Positions 52,891 to 64,000 of a DNA stretch of 64,000 nt are shown in pieces; position 1 is the first letter of the stretch, and every line of letters begins with the position of its first letter. The position numbers were made by a program, and so were the translations under genes. Location of the stretch: positions 10,897 to 74,896 of the IMG/VR virus record IMGVR_UViG_3300018026_000007. One strand, 5' to 3'. The notes beneath the pieces are model-generated. The model saw only the letters and a list, made by a program, of their open reading frames with translations, made no database searches and was not told the DNA's origin. The DNA is from a virus.

Positions 52891-53936
52891 TGATTCAAGC
52901 GCAACTCAAACTTCGGCTCAACACCAAACAGGATGCCATTCTGACGGGCTGGCTGTGGAACCTCACGGGTGTGTGGAACTGGGCGGTCAAGAAAATAGAA
53001 TTGGATGCGAAGGATAAGATTTTCTACTCCCCGAAAGAATTTCACAATCTGCTGGCAGGGCACAGCGAAAAGATGGAGATTCCCAGCCACACCCTGCAGG
53101 GCATGCTATCGCAGGCGCATCTAGCTTGGAGCCGATGCTTCAAGAAATTAGCAAAGAAGCCTCACCTCAAAGGACTACGCAACAAACTCAATAGCATTCC
53201 GTTCCCTGATCCATTACGTGCGCCTGTCGGCAACCATATTGCAGTGCCTGGGTTGGGCTCTGTTCGATTCCACCGTCAGGATATTCCCGAGGGCAAAATC
53301 AAGTGTGGGCGCATTGTCAAACGTGCGTCGGGTTGGTATCTCTGCCTGTTCATTGCTGCCGACCGAGAACCGATTGCGCACACAGCGCATGGACAGATCG
53401 GAATCGACCCTGGATTCAAGAGCCTGCTCACGACATCCGAGGGCGAGATTATAGAGCATCCTCGGGAACTGGAAGCGGGCGCACAAAGATTGGCGCAAGC
53501 GCAACGCGGCAACGACCGAACCCTTGCCGCACGTTTGCAAGAACGCATGGGCAATCGGCGCAAAGACCGAAACCACAAACTATCTCGGCAACTTGTCGCG
53601 GAAAACGATTTGATTGCGTTCTCCGCAGACAACCATAAAGGTGTTGCCAACAAATTTGGGAAGAGCGTTTCCAGTTCTTCACATTATCAACTTCGACGGA
53701 TGCTTTCGTACAAAAGCCGTGCAGGCGGTACGGAATATGTCGAAGTTGATTCTAAGTTTTCCACCAAAACCTGTTCCAACTGCGGGAGCCTCTCTGGTCC
53801 TACAGGATGGGCAGGGTTGTCGATAAGGCAGTGGCGATGCACAGAGTGTGGAACTCTTCACGACCGCGATGTCAATGCGGCTCGTAACACGCTACAGGCT
53901 GCCCTCGGAACGAGGGTCGAGGTGTGCTGTGCGTAA
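52890..53936 (+). CDS. tnpB: TnpB RNA-guided nuclease homologue, RuvC-II Glu apparently absent
   Basis: GIDPG, CSNCG..CTECG, DRDVNAARN; IAFSADN where IxxEDLN is usual. Confidence 0.92.
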   Translation: MIQAQLKLRLNTKQDAILTGWLWNLTGVWNWAVKKIELDAKDKIFYSPKEFHNLLAGHSEKMEIPSHTLQGMLSQAHLAWSRCFKKLAKKPHLKGLRNKLNSIPFPDPLRAPVGNHIAVPGLGSVRFHRQDIPEGKIKCGRIVKRASGWYLCLFIAADREPIAHTAHGQIGIDPGFKSLLTTSEGEIIEHPRELEAGAQRLAQAQRGNDRTLAARLQERMGNRRKDRNHKLSRQLVAENDLIAFSADNHKGVANKFGKSVSSSSHYQLRRMLSYKSRAGGTEYVEVDSKFSTKTCSNCGSLSGPTGWAGLSIRQWRCTECGTLHDRDVNAARNTLQAALGTRVEVCCA

Positions 53937-54014
53937 GCATGGCGCAGTTCGGAATCCCCATGGCTTCAGCCATGGGGAGGTTCAGGTTCAAAATATCCTC
54001 GGAACAGATAAAAC

Positions 54015-54236
54015 AGTTTTGAGACGTGAGATTTTACCTCTATATATAATAGAATCAATAATATATTCGTCTCAAAACCCTTCTGAGACAGTTCTGAGAC
54101 AGAGGGGGGTTTTGAGACAAGATTACTCTTTGGTCACAAAGTTGTCTCACGTCTCAGAACTGTCTCAAAACCCTTCTGAGACAACCAACCCTCTGATATC
54201 AATAGCTTTACATACGAAATCTCACGTCTCAAAACT
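54015..54236. repeat. Iteron/inverted-repeat cluster, probable replication origin
   Basis: Perfect 20-bp IR (54015-54034/54217-54236), 22-bp direct repeat (54069, 54162), about 10 TGAGAC/GTCTCA hexamers, AT-rich core. Confidence 0.7.
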
Positions 54237-54260
54237 AAATGCATGTTGCGGGAGGTTCTG

Positions 54261-54755
54261 ATGTCTCTTCAGAAGTCATTACCACGGATCGCGGCTCGGG
54301 TTCTCCACAATACCCATGTTGGGTTATCGCGGATGAAAGATAAATTTGAATTGATCGAAGAGGCTTACGGGCGCGCTGCCGTCGAAGCCGATTTTGAGAA
54401 ATGGTGCCGCGAGGTCCAGGATAAGAACCCGCGATACCCCTTGACCGAATATGTGAAAGTAGTGGATTCTCGGCTTGGTCCCGAGTTTGCCGAGAAGCGC
54501 GCCGATGTGGATGATCCCCGAGTCTCTCAAATTACGGCGACCGCGTACGAAATGACAGGCGTGCTTCCTTCCGCGCGCTCCATCGCAAAACTACTTCTTG
54601 CTGCGCCGCCAGAAGAAATCATCGCGGCACTCAAAGAATACGTGACCACACTGGACGAGAATGAATACAAAACGGGGATGCGCGCGTTTTTTACAGAAAA
54701 TGGTGGCATCGCGGTGATTATCGCCCGCAAAGGTAGAACCGACAATGCCCGTTAA
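54261..54755 (+). CDS. Hypothetical protein
   Basis: GGAGG SD. Confidence 0.6.
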   Translation: MSLQKSLPRIAARVLHNTHVGLSRMKDKFELIEEAYGRAAVEADFEKWCREVQDKNPRYPLTEYVKVVDSRLGPEFAEKRADVDDPRVSQITATAYEMTGVLPSARSIAKLLLAAPPEEIIAALKEYVTTLDENEYKTGMRAFFTENGGIAVIIARKGRTDNAR

Positions 54756-54999
54756 AGTTGTGAAGATCAACCAAAAGCAAATCAATTTTACGCTCTATAT
54801 TGGGCGTAAATGGGCGGGGTTCCCTGAATCTATTTTCTGTAATCCGTTTCATGTCGGAAAAGACGGCACACGCGAAGAAGTTTTGGAAAAATTTGCGGCC
54901 TATTGGTGCGCCCCCGAACAAAAGTCTTTGCGTGATATGGCACTTTATCCACGGCGTCGTAAAACCCCGCACTTCAGGCGGGGGAGGATGTCAAGGTGA
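54745..54999 (+). pseudogene. Truncated DUF4326-like gene
   Basis: LYIGR..SIFCNPF..DGTREEV; expected C-terminal CWC.P..CH region missing, replaced by an IS-end remnant. Confidence 0.6.
54949..54994 (+). mobile_element. Solo IS200/IS605 end remnant (46 bp)
   Basis: TTTAT|CCACGGCGTCGTAAAACCCCGCACTTCAGGCGGGGGAGGATGTCAA. Confidence 0.65.
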
Positions 55000-56292
55000 T
55001 GACTGCTGAGTTGGCTCATACCTGGCCCGACTCGCGCGGTAAGTGCGGCTTCTGCGGCAAGGAAGAGAACGGCTATGCCAAGCGCGACGAAAGCGGACAG
55101 TTCCGCGCAGCCTGCTGGTCGTGCATCAACAAAGACCGCGTGATAGGCGAGCAGCCCAAGCGCAAGCAAGTTGGCACCGTTTTCACCGAAGACCTGGACA
55201 CGGACGACCAGATTGCCAAGCGAGAGAAGGCCACAAAGAAAGCGAAAGGGATTCCGCCGTCCGATTACAGACCGAAAGTTTTATAGGGAGGCCCCGATGC
55301 TGGGACGAATTCTTTTTAGCGTGATTACTGGGATGGTTCTTGGTGCGCTGCCCGCCCTTCCCCTGTTTCTCATCAGCAGTTTTGTCGATGACCGTCCAAA
55401 TTTATGGTTTTGGCCGCTATTCGGCGGGGTATTCACCATTGTTATATTTTTTAGTCCTGCTGCAAAAGGGGAGAAGAAATGACAAACAGAACGAAAACTG
55501 ACTGGGCCTATAAAAAAGCCGAAAAACTTCAACAAGCGGTGATGGATCACCTTTGGTTCACGCCGCTGGGGCACATCAACGAACGAAAACTTGAAGATCG
55601 GCGAATGATTGCCGCTGCACTGCGTCGCGCCTATCGGAAGGGGCTGCACGCCAATGGATGATTCAATCAAAACCGCGACTGGCGACGACGCGCTGCGGCA
55701 GGTGCAGAAACAGGCGGCTGAGATGGCCGCCGTTGATAATCAGGCCGAACGCGGCTATGCTCATCTAGGCTGGTTGTTACTCGAAGTCGCTGAGATGGGA
55801 TATTGGCGTGTGCGCTACAACACTTTTCGCGACTACCTGCGACTGGTTGCGGCTCACGCAAAGCGGACGGTCGGGCAACTTCAGCAGTATTATCTCACTG
55901 TCCGTGATCTGAGTGACACTTTTTCAGCCGCGCAGTTAGAAACCATGGGAATAACCAAAGCAATTCGGTTGCGGGCAGCCAAGGACTACGCTATTGTGCT
56001 GCCCGCCTCCGTGGTGAACGCCGCACTGGACCCGAAGGTCACGGTCAAGGAATTGAAGCAAATAATCTCCACCGCGCTGAAGATGCCCGAAGAAGAAGGT
56101 GATTGGATGGACCTGGAGTTTGAATTTATGGTGACTCCCGAGCAGCGAGCACTCTTCACCCAGGCCATTGACGTGGCGATGCACACCGAGCCGCTGACGA
56201 AGAAGACCATCTCGAAGTCGGCGCAGATGTTGGATGTCATGACCAAGCTCGCGCAAGAATTTTTGGGGGCGCACTCAGGGGACGGCCAATGA
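54996..56292 (+). CDS. Four hypothetical proteins (54996-55286, 55297-55482, 55479-55661, 55654-56292)
   Basis: Coupled starts and stops. Confidence 0.6.
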
Positions 56293-56651
56293 AAACGAAA
56301 CGCAATAAATGGGTGTGGGGTGAACTGAACGCCGACCGCACGCATGTCGTCCGAATATTCAAAAGTAAGAAGGCTGCGGTCGCCGCAGGGCTTTGCGCTC
56401 CAGTTGTGCAAGTGCTGTACGCCTACGCCGTACATCAGATTCGCCATCAACTTTTTGTACGCTCGCACGGCGAATGTGAAATTTGTCTGGCACCTGTAAC
56501 CGAAGATAGCGGTCACATGCACGAGAAGCGGCATCGGGGCAAGGGTGGTGAGATTTCGCTGGACAACTCGATTTTCATCTGTCTGTCGTGCCACCGCCGC
56601 GCTCATCAAGACCGCAATCCAAGATTCAAAAAAAAGTTCTTGACATTCTGA
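56289..56651 (+). CDS. HNH endonuclease
   Basis: CEIC..HMHEKRHRGKGG..N...CLSCH...H. Confidence 0.8.
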   Translation: MKTKRNKWVWGELNADRTHVVRIFKSKKAAVAAGLCAPVVQVLYAYAVHQIRHQLFVRSHGECEICLAPVTEDSGHMHEKRHRGKGGEISLDNSIFICLSCHRRAHQDRNPRFKKKFLTF

Positions 56652-56668
56652 CTAAAGCCTGGCAATAT
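56640..56668 (+). promoter_or_regulatory. Sigma70-type promoter
   Basis: TTGACA-17-CAATAT. Confidence 0.6.
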
Positions 56669-56794
56669 CCAGACTGATAGCAATACCCCGCGACAGCGGG
56701 TCAACCAATAGGAACGCACCACCACTAGACGCACGGCGGGGCGGGTTGTCTTGAGCAAGCGACCCGCCTCTAAAAAACTCAACAGGAGCACCCC

Positions 56795-58378
56795 ATGGGT
56801 CACAACGTCGGCGATCAGGCAAATCGAGCGGTCAAGAAGGGCGAGCGCAAGCAAGTCGAAGATAAGCGTACGCCCGAGCAGCGACTGGCGGACATTCGCA
56901 AGAATCTGGATGCGAAGTTGTTCGTGACACCCGACGATCAGCGATGGCTGCTGAGACAGTACGATGAAATCCATGCTATTCTGACCGCGTTGAAGCACAA
57001 CACTGCAGCGAAAATCGCGGAGATGACCACGGCCAACTTCGATGCGATGACGGCGGCCAACCAAGAAATCGACAATCTCAAGGCGCAGATCGAACAGTTC
57101 CGCACAGTTTACGAACAGGAGAACCGCAGCGTGGCTGTTGAGATTGAACAGGTTGTGGACCAAGGCGGAGTGTTTGAGGAAAGTAATGAAAACTCCTGAT
57201 TGTGATTTCTGTTCCCTAGTTTCAGGCATCTGCGTCGAGTGCGGCGGGTGTTTCGGCGAACACTGCCAGTGCGACCCGTGTCAACACGGGAAGGCCCGAG
57301 CAGATGAGTGCGTCTTTTGCGGGCGCGGCTTTGGTCCCTCTGAAGAGCAACTCCAGGCCAGCTTAGACTGGCTATTCAAGGCGCAGCCGTCGCCAGACCA
57401 GGAGTTACCGTAATGCTCAACATCCATGTAGAAATGCCGCTCGGGAATAAATCTAGAGGGTTTGACCGAGAAGATGCCGCCGAAGCCGACAAAATCTTCG
57501 ATCAGATGGTGGCACAGATAAAGAAGTGGAAAAATTTCGTCGCGGATGTCGTGATGCGAGATGAGCAGCATGAGATTCGTCGGGAGCACATCGAATGCTG
57601 AAAGATGTCAACGGGAATAAATTGTTTCGCAAAGTCGTCGTGAAGATTTTCTTTCCTGACGACGTTCTTCCGATGAAGACGATCTCGCAACGCGCGGGCC
57701 CGCACCAGGGTTTCGGTCCAGCGGGCATCGATGATATTCTGATGAGTGTCGCCGACCAGCTTGACTCTCTCTATCCGTGGTGGGACTTCAAAATGGTTGA
57801 GCTTGCCCCTGAAGGGCGCACCGCTCGGTACAGTTTCACGTTCGCGGGATACCGATCCACGTCCGCGACGCTACAAGATAATCCCAACGCAGAGAGCAGT
57901 ACACTCATTCCCGAGACGGCAGATAGCAACCCACCGACGGCAGTCGCATAAGAAAACGTCGGGACATTCACTGAAATAACTGCCGTCTCGGGAATGAGTG
58001 CCAGGAGGATTTCATGGAAGACAGAGTCGTGAAAAACATGCAGCCACCTAAAGACGACGAAGTCCAAGTCAATCTTCATTTCTCAAGGGGACCCGTAAAC
58101 TATCATCTCATCAATATCTTCACACGCAATCAATCGGCATGCATTCAGGTAAAGGTAAACCTGTCGCGTGAAGAGGTAGCTCGTTTTGCCGCCTGCATCG
58201 CGGGGCTGGGGGTTATATGACGGCGCATGCGCTCTATGATATCTGGGAAGACGAAGACGCCAGCCTACCCTGGTGCGCGCAGCTAGTCAATTATGTCGGT
58301 CATTTTGCGACGCGGGAGATGGCTGAGAACTTCATTGCACTGGTGCAGGCGTATCGCAAGAAGCATGGATTCAAGTAA
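56795..58378 (+). CDS. Small hypothetical ORFs (56795-57199, 57186-57413 Cys-rich, 57413-57601, 57595-57951, 58014-58220, 58217-58378)
   Basis: SD motifs and overlaps. Confidence 0.6.
57902..58000. repeat. Perfect 21-bp inverted repeat
   Basis: CACTCATTCCCGAGACGGCAG / CTGCCGTCTCGGGAATGAGTG. Confidence 0.9.
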
Positions 58379-58550
58379 GTTTGAATGGTTCTTTGAACCC
58401 GCAGGTGAGCGGTCCGCACTTGCAATCCGCACAAGTAGTTTCGTAGGGCTCCCAGCAAAGTGTGAACAGGCAGTCCCACTCCGCGCCGCAAATGCGGCAG
58501 ACATGCGGCTGGCTCCAGGGCGTCTCTTCGGGCGCAGGCTGATTTTCCAT
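58371..58550 (-). CDS. Cys-rich zinc-finger-like protein, the only plausible minus-strand gene
   Basis: CRIC..C....C..CADC; minus-strand TTGCGC-17-TAGAAT ending 7 nt before the ATG. Confidence 0.5.
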   Translation of the reverse strand: MENQPAPEETPWSQPHVCRICGAEWDCLFTLCWEPYETTCADCKCGPLTCGFKEPFKLT

Positions 58551-58574
58551 GTCCGCTATTCTACCAGAAAATTC

Positions 58575-58603
58575 TTGACAGCGCAAGCCTGCGGGTGTAT
58601 TAT
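58575..58603 (+). promoter_or_regulatory. Sigma70-type promoter, probably leaderless
   Basis: TTGACA-17-TATTAT, ATG at 58610. Confidence 0.7.
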
Positions 58604-58609
58604 CACCTC

Positions 58610-59077
58610 ATGAACACACAACAAATCACGATTGTCTACAGCGATGTCGAAATTCGGTACGACGAGTCCTCCAACCGCTGGAATTTTGAGTTGCGCGGAC
58701 GCGAGCGTTTTGCTGATTCCCTGAAAGCCGCGAAGGAAGCCATTGACAAACCCGAGCCTGTAAAGAAAAAGCCGTTCGCACGTATCTCGGCGTTCAGAAC
58801 TGTTCGTTGGCCGATGAGAGGGCAGAGTACCTTTGAAAAGGTGGAAGTTACTTCAGTTGCGGCGAGAGAAGGTGATGGTCCTTCTATCCAAGTTTGGGTC
58901 GTCACCCGAGGTTCGAGCGAGAAGGTCGCCGCTAACTCTATCTACCAGGATACGCCTGGGAATATCGCCCTGATGGAGACTTACGTGGAGCGGGAGAAAG
59001 AAGTCGAGCGACTTCAAGCCGAGAAAACCAAAATCGAGAAATCTCTGACGCGGATCGAAATCCCCTCCGAGGATTAA
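58610..59077 (+). CDS. Hypothetical protein
   Basis: Follows promoter; tiles into endolysin. Confidence 0.6.
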   Translation: MNTQQITIVYSDVEIRYDESSNRWNFELRGRERFADSLKAAKEAIDKPEPVKKKPFARISAFRTVRWPMRGQSTFEKVEVTSVAAREGDGPSIQVWVVTRGSSEKVAANSIYQDTPGNIALMETYVEREKEVERLQAEKTKIEKSLTRIEIPSED

Positions 59078-59078
59078 C

Positions 59079-59588
59079 ATGGCCGACGCGAAAACAGCGA
59101 TCTTGATTACTCTGGACCCCGAACACGAAGGTGGGTTCCAGAAACTCTATCACGACCGCGCGAACTGGACGAGCGGTCAAGTTGGCGTCGGCACCCTGGT
59201 AGGAACAAATGGCGGCATCACGGCTTTGGATATACCTGGCGCAGATATCGAGCATCTGACCGTCGAACAAAAAGTCGAGTATTATCTGGAGCACGACTGG
59301 ACGCCGCTGTACAACCAGATTGTTTCGCAATCGGTCACCAACAAATTATTTGACATGGGTGTCCTATTTGGGATCGGCTCTGCTGTGAAAGCACTGCAGC
59401 GTGCTCTCGATATGACGCCTGATGGTATCTTTGGGCTGCACACGCTCGCCGCCGTCAATCTCGTGAACGCGACTTTGTTGCTCAATGCATTTAAGACCGA
59501 GCTTCATGAACATGCTCAGTCTGTCGCGGCGGCAAATCCGAACGAAGCCCCATTCTTGCCCGACTGGACCAGGAGGATTGATTCATAA
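59079..59588 (+). CDS. Endolysin, glycoside hydrolase family 108
   Basis: HEGG, GTNGGIT, LFDMGVLFG, LQRAL..DGIFG..T, W.RR. Confidence 0.85.
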   Translation: MADAKTAILITLDPEHEGGFQKLYHDRANWTSGQVGVGTLVGTNGGITALDIPGADIEHLTVEQKVEYYLEHDWTPLYNQIVSQSVTNKLFDMGVLFGIGSAVKALQRALDMTPDGIFGLHTLAAVNLVNATLLLNAFKTELHEHAQSVAAANPNEAPFLPDWTRRIDS

Positions 59589-59715
59589 GAAGACTTTTCT
59601 CATCATGAGTGAGAGACAAATTTGACCGAGTCGGCGCGGGCCAAGGCTTATCATCGAATGGGAGCCTATAAAACCAAAGCAATACGCCGACACTTTTTCT
59701 TCGGGAAGGTGGGCC

Positions 59716-61843
59716 ATGGCGGGACTGCGGCATCGGTATACGTTCAAGTGCGAAGTCGGACACGAGACTGAGAAAATCTTTCCGCCTGGGACACGCATAG
59801 ACGAGAACGACGAGACCACCTGCCTTGAATGTTTGAAGAAAGGCGATCTGAAAACGGCATACGTGATTTTCATTTGTTCTATGCCCGCGAAAGGGAAGTA
59901 AGATGGCGGACAGCGTTCATAAATACTATTGTTCCTACTGCGAGCGATTCACATTTGGTGAGACGCTGGCCGACCTGGTGCGCGGCGTGAATTTCCACAA
60001 TACGACCATGCACCCCGCAGATTTCGATCAATGGACGCCCGAGACAATCACCCATTCTCATAATTACACTGGTTCGGCGGGCAAAGCACTCCCGCAGTAT
60101 CTGCGGCCTTATGGCACCACGTCCAAGAATGAATGGGGCGACGCACAGAACCCCCCAAATATCACCCCGCAGGATATTGCGCTACTTGCAGAAGCGAGAA
60201 TCAAATGGTGAGATTGCTAGTCGCGGCCTGGTTCATGATGGTGCTGGCTGGCGGGCTCGTGCATCGCTGGTATGAGATTTGGAGGTTTCGTCGTGGAAGA
60301 GCTAGAAAAAAAGTTCATTGAGTTGGGGAACGCACTCGCGCGCAGTTTGGGTCATAATCCCCGCTGTCCGAAGGCATCGCATGCCGTGCCGTGTAGCTGC
60401 GGAGTGGGATCGCGACAGGCTCAAGCACTGAGTGACTGGGATCGTTTTGTGGCCACTCTTCTGAGCTTAAAAGACGAAATCAAGGAACATCATTATGGCA
60501 CCTGACTTCTGGTCTCCTGAGTACTTCGCGCAAAAAATGCACGAGCGTGTCTCCCAGATGAAGCCGCAAGACTTTGAACCCTGGGACGAAGCGCGCGAGC
60601 GGTACGCCAAAACAAAGATCGAACCGATTCTGCAGAAGTATCGCCAGTCAGACCATGATTGGTTTCGTGACTGGAGCCGCCGACGTGGTGAGATGTTGCA
60701 CTCCAGTGATGTGATTTTTCGACTGCAGAAGTTGAACCCACATATTTTTGTCCAGCAACAAATCAACTTTCCCGACGACTGGGGGCTGTATTCTTCGGCA
60801 CTCGGGCGCATCCAGTTTCTGACTGGGCTGCCGAAGGGCTGGCTGACCGAGTTTTCTTACGCGCTCGTGGACGACCGCGACCTGCCGACCGAAGAGCGGC
60901 GCGGGTGGCGGACAGTATTGGTCTATTGTTTGATGAAAGGCGCAATTACCTGGGATCAGGTCCTGGCGGAATTCGGCGAACCCAACGACGCTTGGAATGA
61001 ACAGCGTTGGTGCGAAGTGACGGCGGATTTTCGCTTCGGCGGCGACGGGATCGTGGATCGCAATATCGCGAACGCTGTCGCAACTGATTAAAACTTATTA
61101 CAAGTTTTTGACTTTCCTTCCCATTAGTGTAGAGCATCCAGCAAGTGAGCATTTCAGGAGCAGTCTAATGGGAACCGACCACAGCGACAACCGCAGTTCA
61201 GCATTCACCCCCGAGCAATTGGCAACCATCAATGCCCAGGCGAACGCGCTCGTTCGTGAGACAATCACGCAGCTTTTCGCGAGCCTTGCGCCGACGCTGA
61301 AGGATATGGCGATCACGCCAGAGAAGTTGCGGGAAGCCAGTCGTCCCTGGGTCGATCCCGCCGTCGAAGAGCGTCAGAAACGCGAGATGGCTTTGTGGAA
61401 GGCCGACGAAGAAGAGCGGCTGAAGAATGAGCGGAGGGTGAAGGACGCCTGCCGCCACCTGGACCCACGCGGTCAGACTTCGATTCGCCTGGTCAGGAAT
61501 TTCCCTGACCGTCAAGCACGCGGCCTGTGCATGCTCTGCCACGATTTGATTCACCCGAAGGAATGGCGCATCGGGCCCCCCGACAAGCAGAACCCGCGCG
61601 GCAAGGCGTACCTGGTCGAGCCGCATAAGGACTATATGACCGTCGTTCACATCATCGCCCATGAGTAAGAACGGCAAGGTCGGGCGACCGAAGCAACCGA
61701 AGCACTGTCCCGCCTGCGGCACGGGAGACCTGGCCGCATTCGCGGAAAATCAGCGACGGCATGATGGACTGCAAGTCTATTGTCGTGAATGCATGAGATA
61801 CGACTACTTCCTGAAAAAACTCGCGATTATAGTCAAAAGTTGA
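59716..61843 (+). CDS. Hypothetical proteins (59716-59901 zinc ribbon, 59903-60211, 60495-61091, 61168-61668, 61661-61843 CPAC..YCREC)
   Basis: Tiling, SD motifs, Cys patterns. Confidence 0.6.
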
Positions 61844-61922
61844 CTTTCCTTCCTATAGTGTAGGGTGAAGTTTTATGCTTGCCGCGATTCTCAGTACGCG
61901 GCCCCAAAGGATCGAAACGACC

Positions 61923-63257
<1,335 letters not shown>

Positions 63258-63304
63258 TAATACCGATCTTCCAGACCGCTGCTCACGGCTGGATGCTCCG
63301 AACG

Positions 63305-63341
63305 CGCCCGCCTCTGGCATCAGGGGCGGGCGTCTCTATTT
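63305..63341 (+). terminator. Probable terminator hairpin
   Basis: CGCCCGCCTCTG-GCAT-CAGGGGCGGGCG followed by TCTCTATTT. Confidence 0.55.
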
Positions 63342-63375
63342 AAGACTTTTTCTGTCATGAGTGTAAGGACAAGCC

Positions 63376-64000
63376 ATGCCTAATTTCAATCTGGTGCCGA
63401 ATGTGAATATGACCACCACGCTTCAAGCGATGGCGGATCAACTGAAGATTCACACCAAGCTCCAGAATTATTTCAATGTCGGTGGGATTGACGGTCAGCC
63501 GATGCGGCGCATCGCGGAGAATGTCCAGCAAATGTTGCTCTCACGCCGCATGCCGTGGAAATTTAATCGCGTGAACTTGGGCAGCAACAATCCCGCAGTC
63601 AATCCGCATTTCGTTATGTCGCAGCAAGGATTTCAGGATTATCATTACGCGGGTGCAACGTGCTTTGCTTTGATTAACAGCACGCTGCCAGGGGGTCAGC
63701 TTCCAGCAGGCGGCGCGGGCATTGATTTGAATCCAGGGACCTACCAGAACGGCACTGCGAAAGTGGCATACGGCACGTTCAACGGCGGCAATTCCTATGG
63801 GCCGATGGGGAACTGGCAAACGGCGGGAATCATCTTCAATCCCGCGACGGGGAACTTCACGATACAGTTTCTTGATCCGCACCCCTTTCAGCCTGGTAAT
63901 ATCGGCACGTCGCAACTATTGGTCGCGGGCGTCGTGAATCCCGCGTACAACAGCACGTTCTCGTACAACCAACTCGCACAAACGAGCCAATGGATTGATA
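63376..64000 (+). CDS. Structural protein, possible head-tail adaptor (runs off the window)
   Basis: Open frame MPNFNLVPNV.. with PWKFNR motif; preceded by the GACTTT motif and AAGGA SD. Confidence 0.55.
   Translation, partial: MPNFNLVPNVNMTTTLQAMADQLKIHTKLQNYFNVGGIDGQPMRRIAENVQQMLLSRRMPWKFNRVNLGSNNPAVNPHFVMSQQGFQDYHYAGATCFALINSTLPGGQLPAGGAGIDLNPGTYQNGTAKVAYGTFNGGNSYGPMGNWQTAGIIFNPATGNFTIQFLDPHPFQPGNIGTSQLLVAGVVNPAYNSTFSYNQLAQTSQWID

Larger units (their letters stand above)
52400..53984 (+). mobile_element. IS200/IS605-family element (tnpA-tnpB)
   Basis: Subterminal hairpins with TTCA loops at 52407-52427 and 53956-53977; exact ends approximate. Confidence 0.9.

Noticed and set aside
53985-54005. 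TnpB guide matching tRNA-Met T-arm (31151) or primase start (50568)
   Set aside because: Only 8-9 nt matches, expected by chance
54015-54236. CRISPR array
   Set aside because: Repeats are short, in both orientations and lack regular unique spacers

Overview
The window is a slice of a dsDNA tailed-phage genome, probably podovirus-like, with almost all genes on the + strand. No integrase is visible, and the host is not determinable (a Gram-negative soil-type bacterium is a guess). Order: small early ORFs and a GIY-YIG homing-type endonuclease (0.2-9.9 kb); phage groEL-groES and a TerS candidate; fibre/decoration-like genes (12.8-22.8 kb); TerL, portal, scaffold and major capsid; two tRNAs; a 1857-aa polyvalent injected-type protein; a nucleotide-pool/recombination/replication block (RecA, DUF5664, MazG, PolA, ERF, SSB, UvrD, PD-(D/E)XK, primase-helicase); an IS200/IS605 element beside an iteron-like origin; GH108 endolysin; and the start of a second structural block. 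Most striking observations: (1) small +1-frame ORFs nested directly after enzymatic domains of the polyvalent protein (candidate built-in inhibitors); (2) a 66-aa ORF copying the capsid N-terminus, behind its own sigma70-type promoter (candidate decoy); (3) a 12-copy GACTTT-N10/11-GTG motif ahead of mostly structural genes; (4) near-total loss of CCGG except in one 2-kb fibre segment; (5) a TnpB lacking its RuvC-II Glu; (6) several tRNA-like RNA folds. All family calls come from motif recognition by eye, not database searches.
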